Position numbers and translations under genes: made by a program. The notes beneath the pieces were generated by a model, which was not told where the DNA came from, searched no databases, and saw only the letters and a list, made by a program, of their open reading frames with translations. 33,546 bases of DNA, taken from assembly GCA_050259395.1 (NCBI GenBank), contig JBLNAO010000161.1, positions 1 through 33,546 on the forward strand. Direction: 5' to 3'. This stretch comes from Chloroflexota bacterium. Its GTDB lineage: Bacteria; Bacteroidota; Bacteroidia; Bacteroidales; VadinHA17. This document shows positions 26,720 to 33,546 of this stretch, piece by piece; position 1 is the stretch's first letter, and each line of letters opens with the position of its first letter.

Positions 26720-28105
26720 ATGAAACGTAGAATCATAATTTTTTCATCCATCTTTCTTGCTCTCATTGCATTGTTTGTTTTCAATAAAATGACTTCCGGA
26801 AAAGATGAGGGGGAAATTTTCACCGAAGTGAAACGCGGAACCTTCGAGATCACCGTTGCCAATTCAGGTGAGTTGCTCGCAGAAAAATCGCTCGACATCA
26901 GGGGACCGGACATTATTCAGCAGATGCAGAGATCGCAGCAGGCGATGAGAGGCGGCGGTGGAGGCGGTGGCAGAGGTCCGCAGATGATGATCATGGAGTT
27001 GAAGATTCAGGATATTATCCAGGAAGGAACGCTTGTCAAGGCAGGTGACTTCATCGCACAACTTGACAGGTCATCGTATTCGAATACCCTCAAGGATGCA
27101 CAGGATCAGTTAAAGACTTTTGAGAGCAATGTTGAGATGAAGATCCTCGATACCACAGTTGTTCTCACAAACCTTCGTGATGAGATCAAAAACCAGAGAT
27201 ACCAGGTTGAGGAGGCAAAGATCACCCTCGATCAGTCAAAATATGAACCGCCGGCCACAATAAGACAGGCCGAAATAGCCCTCGACAAAGCAAAGAGAAG
27301 CCTCGATCAGAAGGTGAAATCTTATGAACTCCAGCATGCCAGGGTGATTTCGGAAATCAAGCATGAAAAACTTCACCTCGATCAACAGAGAGATCTTGTG
27401 AGCACTCTCGATGAGTTCCTGAAGGGCTTCACGGTTACTGCACCTGCACCGGGAATGGTAATTTACAAAAAGGAAAGGAATGGTAACAAGAGAAAGGCTG
27501 GTTCGCAGCTTAATCCTTTCGATAATGTTATCGCAACACTTCCTGACCTTACCACCATGCTTTCAAAAATGTATGTCAATGAGATTGAGGTAAGCAAAGT
27601 TAAACCCGGGCAGAAAGTCAATCTTGCAGTAGATGCATTCCCAAATAAGGCTTTTTCAGGGCAGGTAATTTCAGTGGCAAACATCGGGGAGCAACTACCC
27701 AACTCTGATGCAAAAATGTTCGAAGTCCAGGTTAAAATCGACGGATCAGATCCCGCCCTCAGGCCAGGCATGACAACCAGCAATAAAATTGTCATAAAGA
27801 CTTTCGACGATGTGGTCTATATACCGATCGAGTGCGTTCAGGCAGGAGTTGACAGCATTCCTTTTGTTTATGAAAAGAAGCATACCAAGCAGTTTGTTGT
27901 TGTGGGTGAGGCAAATGAAAAGAATGTCATCGTTGAACAGGGTCTCGAACCCGGCAAGATGGTCTTTGTAACTCCGCCTGAGGATACCAAGAATTACAGG
28001 ACTTCAGGAGAAGAACTTATTGCTGTGACACGTGAACGCAATAATGCCAGGAGACTGGAGAATCAGAGGCTCACGGAAGCATCACTGCAGAACAGATCAA
28101 ATTAG
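26720..28105 (+). CDS. Efflux periplasmic adaptor / membrane fusion protein (HlyD/MacA-like)
   Basis: N-terminal anchor; lipoyl halves EGTLVKAGDFIAQLD and VTAPAPGMV; coiled coil; VNEIEVSKVKPGQKV..VDAFP, LRPGMT. Confidence 0.9.
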   Translation: MKRRIIIFSSIFLALIALFVFNKMTSGKDEGEIFTEVKRGTFEITVANSGELLAEKSLDIRGPDIIQQMQRSQQAMRGGGGGGGRGPQMMIMELKIQDIIQEGTLVKAGDFIAQLDRSSYSNTLKDAQDQLKTFESNVEMKILDTTVVLTNLRDEIKNQRYQVEEAKITLDQSKYEPPATIRQAEIALDKAKRSLDQKVKSYELQHARVISEIKHEKLHLDQQRDLVSTLDEFLKGFTVTAPAPGMVIYKKERNGNKRKAGSQLNPFDNVIATLPDLTTMLSKMYVNEIEVSKVKPGQKVNLAVDAFPNKAFSGQVISVANIGEQLPNSDAKMFEVQVKIDGSDPALRPGMTTSNKIVIKTFDDVVYIPIECVQAGVDSIPFVYEKKHTKQFVVVGEANEKNVIVEQGLEPGKMVFVTPPEDTKNYRTSGEELIAVTRERNNARRLENQRLTEASLQNRSN

Positions 28106-30213
28106 TTAAGCTTCTCCACCCCCATATTCCAAAGGGTAAAGGCATAGATATCTGCGTACTGTTCGATGGTTTTGCTTACGGGTGTGCCCGCTCCATGGCC
28201 AGCCATCGTCTCTATTCGTATCAGCACCGGATTGTCTCCGGCCTGTTTCGCCTGGAGTTCCGCTGCGAATTTGAATGAGTGGGCTGGAACAACCCTGTCA
28301 TCGTGATCGCTTGTGGTGATGAGCGTTGCAGGATACTCCACACCTTCCTTAACATTGTGAACAGGGGAATACTTAAATATATACTCAAACATTTCCCTGC
28401 TGTCCTCAGAGGTGCCATAATCGTAAGCCCATCCGGCACCGGCAGTGAATTTATGATATCTCAGCATATCCATTACACCGACGGCAGGAAGAGCAACCTT
28501 CATCAGGTCAGGGCGCTGCGTCATAACAGCGCCGACAAGAAGTCCGCCGTTCGAGCCTCCCCTGATTGCAAGATACCCGGGTGAAGTATATTTTTCAGAT
28601 ATGAGGTATTCAGCTGCTGCAATGAAATCGTCGAAAACATTCTGCTTGTTCATCTTCGTGCCTGCCAGATGCCATTTTTCTCCGTATTCACCTCCACCCC
28701 TGATGTTGGGAACGGCATACACTCCACCCATCTGTAGCCATATAGCCGCTGTTACGCTGAAACCGGGAGTCTCGCTGATGTTGAATCCACCATAACCATA
28801 AAGCATTGCAGGATTCTTGCCATTGAGCTCAATTCCTTTTTTAAATGTGATCATCATCGGTATCCTTGTACCATCCTTGGAATTGTAGAATACCTGCCTG
28901 GTTTCAAAATCATCTTTATTGAAGGCAACAGCCGGCTCTTTGAAAACATTTGTGCCGCCTGACACAGGCTCGAGCCTGTAAATGGCTGCCGGGGTGATGT
29001 AATTTGTGAAAGTGAAATACACTTCCCTGTCTGTTTTCTTGCCGCTGAAGCCACCGGCACTGCCTGCTCCGGGCAACTCTATTTCCCTGAGGAGCTTTCC
29101 ACTTAGATCATATTGCTGAACGAAAGAAATTGCATCCTTCATGTAATTCGCAAATATATATCCTGCACTGGTTGAAGGACTGAGAACATTTTCAGTCTGC
29201 GGTATGAAATCCACCCATTTCTCAATGCGGGGATCTGCCGCATCGACTGTAACGACCTTCATGTTTGGCGCATTCAAATTCGTTGCAATGAAAAGTTTCG
29301 AACCGTCATTGTCGATTATATTATGCTCATTGTCGAAATTCCCGACAACTGTGACAAGCTCGCCATTTGGCTTTGACAGGTCCTTAATATACAGTTCATT
29401 CCCTGTTGTTGAAACTGCAGCAGTGATAACAAGAAACCTGTCATCCTCGGTGACGGTTCCACTAACGTAACGTCTTACAATATCAGAGCCGAAAACTACC
29501 TGATCATCAGACTGCTTTGTCCCAAGCTTATGAAAATACAGTTTATGATGATCGGTCTTTGCTGACAGCTGGCTGCCTTCAGGCTTGTCGTAACTCGAAT
29601 AGTAAAAACCCTCTTTGCCCTGCCATGAAAGACCGCTGAATTTAATATTGATAAGTGTGTCTTCGATCACTTCCTTCCTGACTGCATCCATCACGATGAC
29701 CTTACGCCAGTCCGATCCCCCTTCAGATATTGAGTATGCAACAAGACTGCCATCTTTCGAGAAATCCATTTCGGCTAGCGAGGTGGTTCCGTCAGATGAG
29801 AATGTATTCGGATCAAGAAAAACCTCAGGTTCGCCTTCACCTTTCTGCCGGTAAATAACATATTGATTCTGCAGACCGTCATTTTTTGCAAAGTATGTGA
29901 ATCCGCCTTCATTGAAAGGCATTCCGAACTTCTCGTAATTCCACATTTTCTGTATTCTGTCTTTCAGCTCGTTCCTGTATGGGATTTTCTCAAGATAGGA
30001 GAAAGTGACATTGTTCTCCTCCTTAACCCAGGCAGCTGTTTCGGATGACATGTCATCCTCGAGCCACCTGTACGGATCGCTGACCTTTGTGCCGAAATAA
30101 TCGTCTGAAACCTCGATTTTTTTGGTCACCGGATATTCTATATTATTCTTTTCGGGGCCTTTGCAGGCAACAACAACTGTCATTACAGTAGCAATTAATA
30201 CTATTTTTTTCAT
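28102..30213 (-). CDS. Prolyl oligopeptidase (peptidase S9A), lipoprotein
   Basis: Lipobox VVVAC; DPYRWLED, YGYGGF, NIRGGGEYG, GGSNGG (Ser), HDDRV (Asp), AGHG (His). Confidence 0.96.
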   Translation of the reverse strand: MKKIVLIATVMTVVVACKGPEKNNIEYPVTKKIEVSDDYFGTKVSDPYRWLEDDMSSETAAWVKEENNVTFSYLEKIPYRNELKDRIQKMWNYEKFGMPFNEGGFTYFAKNDGLQNQYVIYRQKGEGEPEVFLDPNTFSSDGTTSLAEMDFSKDGSLVAYSISEGGSDWRKVIVMDAVRKEVIEDTLINIKFSGLSWQGKEGFYYSSYDKPEGSQLSAKTDHHKLYFHKLGTKQSDDQVVFGSDIVRRYVSGTVTEDDRFLVITAAVSTTGNELYIKDLSKPNGELVTVVGNFDNEHNIIDNDGSKLFIATNLNAPNMKVVTVDAADPRIEKWVDFIPQTENVLSPSTSAGYIFANYMKDAISFVQQYDLSGKLLREIELPGAGSAGGFSGKKTDREVYFTFTNYITPAAIYRLEPVSGGTNVFKEPAVAFNKDDFETRQVFYNSKDGTRIPMMITFKKGIELNGKNPAMLYGYGGFNISETPGFSVTAAIWLQMGGVYAVPNIRGGGEYGEKWHLAGTKMNKQNVFDDFIAAAEYLISEKYTSPGYLAIRGGSNGGLLVGAVMTQRPDLMKVALPAVGVMDMLRYHKFTAGAGWAYDYGTSEDSREMFEYIFKYSPVHNVKEGVEYPATLITTSDHDDRVVPAHSFKFAAELQAKQAGDNPVLIRIETMAGHGAGTPVSKTIEQYADIYAFTLWNMGVEKLN

Positions 30214-30250
30214 GGTGAACTTATGGGACAACCTGATTATTTGTAATGCT

Positions 30251-30258
30251 CAAAAATA
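30251..30258 (-). promoter_or_regulatory. Sigma-A -7 element for the prolyl oligopeptidase gene
   Basis: Minus strand TATTTTTG, with TTG about 20 nt upstream. Confidence 0.5.
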
Positions 30259-30351
30259 AGCAAAAGCCATATCTTCATCAACATAGGATCGTTATTGCTT
30301 GTTCATCATATGAAAAAATATGCCGGGGACTTTTGTTTTTTGATTATTGAT

Positions 30352-30359
30352 TAGATTTG
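30352..30359 (+). promoter_or_regulatory. Sigma-A -7 element for the small beta-barrel gene
   Basis: TAGATTTG matches TAnnTTTG, with TTTG at 30332-30335 upstream. Confidence 0.55.
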
Positions 30360-30388
30360 TGTCCTCGTAAAACTTTAAAAAACATTAT

Positions 30389-30865
30389 ATGAAAAGACTC
30401 ATTCTGACTATCGTTTTTGCAGTGACATTCATAGCATTTGCTTCGGCACAGGATTATAAAACAGGTATTGGCCTCAGAGCCGGATATCCTGCAGGTCTGA
30501 CAGTCAAACATTTTATTAACCGGACAGCTGCACTTGAAGGTTTGCTTTCAACCCGATGGGGAGGATTTGTTGTAACCGGTCTTTTCGAAGCCCACAAACC
30601 CCTGGCTGATGTCAGCCGGCTCAACTGGTTTTATGGTTTCGGAGCGCATGTAGGATTCTGGAATGGCAATTACAAGAGTAACTACTGGGGTGATCCCGGA
30701 ACAGCTTACACAATTGTTGGTATCGACGGTATCCTCGGACTTGAATATAATTTCAAGGAAATTCCGATAAACATCGGTCTTGACTGGAAACCGGCATTCA
30801 ACCTCACAGGTTACACAGGTTTCTGGGGAGATAACGGGGCGCTTTCGATAAGGTATATATTTTAA
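30389..30865 (+). CDS. Small outer-membrane beta-barrel protein (probably 8-stranded), function unknown
   Basis: Signal peptide ending ASA-Q; amphipathic strands GIGLRAG, GLTVKHF, LNWFYGFGAHVG, GILGLEYNF, IGLDWKP; terminal IRYIF. Confidence 0.85.
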   Translation: MKRLILTIVFAVTFIAFASAQDYKTGIGLRAGYPAGLTVKHFINRTAALEGLLSTRWGGFVVTGLFEAHKPLADVSRLNWFYGFGAHVGFWNGNYKSNYWGDPGTAYTIVGIDGILGLEYNFKEIPINIGLDWKPAFNLTGYTGFWGDNGALSIRYIF

Positions 30866-30888
30866 GTGACTAGAGTGACCAGTTAATT

Positions 30889-30926
30889 CACTCAGCACCC
30901 GGCACCCATATCCAGCACTCAGCACA
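30889..30926 (+). repeat. Degenerate heptamer tandem repeat (CAGCACY)n
   Basis: CACT-CAGCACC-CGGCACC-CATATC-CAGCACT-CAGCACA in the 3' UTR. Confidence 0.55.
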
Positions 30927-30933
30927 ACACCTC

Positions 30934-30975
30934 GGAAGAATTAAACCCATAATTGTGTTTAATTCTTCCTTTTTG
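30934..30975 (+). terminator. Rho-independent terminator after the small beta-barrel gene
   Basis: 13-bp perfect stem GGAAGAATTAAAC / GTTTAATTCTTCC, 10-nt loop, followed by TTTTTG. Confidence 0.8.
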
Positions 30976-31019
30976 TTTAATTTAAGTGCTTTGTTGAACT
31001 AACCTAAACGCAGGCACTC

Positions 31020-32201
31020 ATGAAAAAAACACTCCTCTTTTTGGCGCTTATGATCCCGTTTGCTCTTACGGGGCAGAATAAGTTCAACGGACTCGATATG
31101 AACATGGGTAATCTGTACAGGCTCTCAGATGCAAAGACCCGTTCTATAAGTCCCGAAAACTTTACCGGTGAAAAAGGAAAAGCCGGGATGGCTGATCCTG
31201 CAGATAAAGATAAAACCAATGCTGCGAATGCATTCAATGCAGCACGTGATCTCGGACAGGGATGGAAGGTGAATCCGTACATCAGGGTAAATCCGGGTCA
31301 GACAATAACACTCGCCGATATCGAGGGGCCCGGGGCAATTCAGCACATCTGGATGACACCCACAGGAACATGGAGATATTCAATCATACGCTTTTACTGG
31401 GATGGAGAAACGGAGCCTTCGATAGAATGTCCCGTCGGTGACTTTTTTGCATCCGGCTGGGGAAGCTATGCACAGCTTTCATCACTGGCAATCTGCGTTA
31501 ACCCCGGAAGCGCTTTCAACTGCTACTGGGCGATGCCTTTCAGAAAAAAGTGCAGGATAACCATGGAAAATATCAACGACACGGATCCCATGACTCTCTA
31601 TTACCAGATCGATTATACCCTGACAGATGTCCCTGCAGATGCGGCATATTTCCATGCTCAGTTCAGAAGATCGAATCCTAACACGGGCTCAGTCCATACA
31701 ATTGTTGACGGGGTGAAAGGAAAGGGCCATTATGTGGGCGTCTACATGGCATGGGGAGTGAATAACAACGGCTGGTGGGGCGAAGGCGAGATCAAATTCT
31801 TTCTTGACGGAGATACTCAGTACCCGACAATTTGTGGCACAGGAACCGAAGACTATTTCTGCGGCTCGTATGATTTTGACACCAGGAAGAAAAATGAAGC
31901 GGGGGTCGAAGAAGTTAATTATACAGAATTCTGCACTCCCTATGCAGGCCTCCACCAGGTGATAAAAGGCGACGGGCATTACCAGGTAATGCAGCGATTC
32001 GGTCTCTACAGGTGGCATATAATGGACCCTGTCCGGTTCGACAAGGATCTGAAAATTACAATCCAGGATCTCGGCTGGAGGAAAGGCGGCAGATATCTTG
32101 CACAGCAGTCGGACATTGCATCCACTTGCTTCTGGTACCAGGCTGAACCGCATGCCGCATTTCCGAAAATACCGGAATGGAGAAAGCTGGAGGTGTATTG
32201 A
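31020..32201 (+). CDS. DUF2961 / glycoside hydrolase family 172 protein, secreted
   Basis: Signal peptide; TRSISPENFTGEKG, GPGAIQHIWMT, PVGDFF, NCYWAMPF, YFHAQFRR, WWGEGEIKF, GTGTEDYF, YRWHIMDPVRF, DIAST.FWYQ. Confidence 0.93.
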   Translation: MKKTLLFLALMIPFALTGQNKFNGLDMNMGNLYRLSDAKTRSISPENFTGEKGKAGMADPADKDKTNAANAFNAARDLGQGWKVNPYIRVNPGQTITLADIEGPGAIQHIWMTPTGTWRYSIIRFYWDGETEPSIECPVGDFFASGWGSYAQLSSLAICVNPGSAFNCYWAMPFRKKCRITMENINDTDPMTLYYQIDYTLTDVPADAAYFHAQFRRSNPNTGSVHTIVDGVKGKGHYVGVYMAWGVNNNGWWGEGEIKFFLDGDTQYPTICGTGTEDYFCGSYDFDTRKKNEAGVEEVNYTEFCTPYAGLHQVIKGDGHYQVMQRFGLYRWHIMDPVRFDKDLKITIQDLGWRKGGRYLAQQSDIASTCFWYQAEPHAAFPKIPEWRKLEVY

Positions 32202-32368
32202 TATATAAGGGTCGCTCCAACTCCGATCAATGAGCTGTAACAAACGCTCACTGAGCGCCGTTGAAGGGAGTTCTTAAAAAAATATCTTCATTACTTTTCC
32301 GTTATTTTGAATCAGTTTTAAACTCTTTTTATAATTTTAAGACTTCAGTCAGAAATAAATCCAGTTAT

Positions 32369-33546
32369 ATGAAAACCAATAAAGATCTAAGCCGGCGAAA
32401 TTTTCTTTCAAATGCCACTATGGCAACGCTTGGCACCATGGGGGCTGCCAGCCTTCTTTCATCATGTTCGTCAAAGAAGCCCGAAAAAGCACAAATCGCA
32501 CCTTTCGTCATCCCTGACAGGGCTCCCGACGGCAAGGTGCTGAAAGCGGGACTTGTAGGCTGCGGAGGCAGGGGGACAGGCGCTGCTTTAAACTTCCTCG
32601 ATGCAGGACCAAACCTCGAGATAGTCGCTCTCGGCGATGTATTCAAGGACAGGCTTGACCAGTGCCGGGCTGAGCTCAAGAAGCAAAAGAATGTAGACAT
32701 ACCTGAAGAAAAATGTTTCCTTGGCTTCGATAATTACGAGAAAGTTCTCGATTCAGGCATAGATATCGTTTTGTTATGCACGCCACCTCATTTCAGACCA
32801 CAGCACATAGAGGCTGCGGTAAAGGCAGGCAAGCATATCTTCATGGAAAAACCGGTGGCTGTTGATCCCGTTGGTGCACGCAACGTCATGGTCAATGTTG
32901 AGAGGGCAAAACAGCAGGGACTCAGCATGGTAAGCGGAACAATCCGCCGGGTTCAGAAAGACTTTATGGAAACATGGAGGCAGGTTCAGAACGGAATGAT
33001 AGGCGACATTGTCGGAGCAAATATTATAAGGAATGGCGGCGGACTGTGGGTCATCAAACGTCAGCCCGGAATGTCTGACATGGAGTACATGCTTCGCGAC
33101 TGGGTCAACTTCTGCTGGCTTTCAGGCGATCATATCGTGGAACAATTCATCCACGAGGTCGACGTGATGAACTGGTATATGGGCAAGATTCCGGTAAAAG
33201 CAATGGGATGGGGAGGCAGGCAGCGCAGGGTTACGGGCGACCAGTATGACTTCTTCAGCGTGGAATATGTGTACGACAACGGAATGCACACGCATTGCGC
33301 AGCACGACAGATCACAGGATGCTCAAACCTTACTCTGCAACACATTGTGGGAACAGAGGGTTATGCTAATGCAAAAGGGAATATCTATAACAACAAAGGT
33401 GAAGAGATCTGGAAATATCCAATGCCGGAAAAAGAGTCACCCGATAAAACATGGGCTGTAACAGACCCCTATGTCCAGGAACATATTAACCTTGTAACAG
33501 GAATCCGCACAGGCAATATTGTCAATGATGGCGAAGCCCAGGTTAA
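32369..33546 (+). CDS. Gfo/Idh/MocA family oxidoreductase with Tat lipoprotein-type signal; 3'-truncated
   Basis: Not in the ORF track because it has no stop in the window. Translation from ATG 32369: MKTNKDLSRRNFL...ASLLSSC, Rossmann GLVGCGGRGTGAA, CTPPHFRPQH, HIFMEKPVAVD, GDHIVEQFIHEVD; open to the window end. Confidence 0.93.
   Translation, partial: MKTNKDLSRRNFLSNATMATLGTMGAASLLSSCSSKKPEKAQIAPFVIPDRAPDGKVLKAGLVGCGGRGTGAALNFLDAGPNLEIVALGDVFKDRLDQCRAELKKQKNVDIPEEKCFLGFDNYEKVLDSGIDIVLLCTPPHFRPQHIEAAVKAGKHIFMEKPVAVDPVGARNVMVNVERAKQQGLSMVSGTIRRVQKDFMETWRQVQNGMIGDIVGANIIRNGGGLWVIKRQPGMSDMEYMLRDWVNFCWLSGDHIVEQFIHEVDVMNWYMGKIPVKAMGWGGRQRRVTGDQYDFFSVEYVYDNGMHTHCAARQITGCSNLTLQHIVGTEGYANAKGNIYNNKGEEIWKYPMPEKESPDKTWAVTDPYVQEHINLVTGIRTGNIVNDGEAQV

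Noticed and set aside
33544-33546. Terminal TAA as the stop codon of the oxidoreductase
   Set aside because: It is out of frame (…CAG GTT AA); the gene continues past the window.

Overview
Chromosomal segment of a Bacteroidota bacterium, probably Bacteroidales. This is inferred from T9SS cargo with a PorP/SprF partner, a SusC/SusD pair and TAnnTTTG promoters. It holds about 22 protein-coding genes, two cut by the window edges. I found no rRNA, tRNA, CRISPR array, transposase, integrase or reverse transcriptase. The left end is a giant (>2618 aa, 5'-truncated) T9SS type-B cargo protein built from at least 14 Ig-like domains, 1 PKD-like domain, 13 repeats of ~81 aa, 2 PKD domains and a gliding-motility-type CTD, followed by its PorP/SprF-family partner. 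Next is a long minus-strand run: beta-propeller lipoprotein, GH10, tandem SRPBCC, CPA2/Kef antiporter, GIN-domain lipoprotein, PagL-like barrel, TPR-DUF6624, SusD, SusC and a small secreted protein. It faces a divergent LytS/LytTR two-component system. The right part carries YegP, a GT2, an orphan membrane-fusion protein, a prolyl oligopeptidase, a small beta-barrel, a GH172 and a Tat-exported Gfo/Idh/MocA oxidoreductase (3'-truncated). The strongest signal read directly from the sequence is cysteine co-variation between neighbouring domains of the giant protein. Wherever domain n loses its N-proximal Cys, domain n+1 loses its hairpin Cys (3 of 3 cases). This suggests a rod stapled by inter-domain disulfides with three unstapled hinges. 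Second is a LytTR-type 21-bp-spaced repeat over the promoter of an uncharacterised secreted protein upstream of a CAZyme-free susCD. All family assignments come from motif recognition, not database searches.
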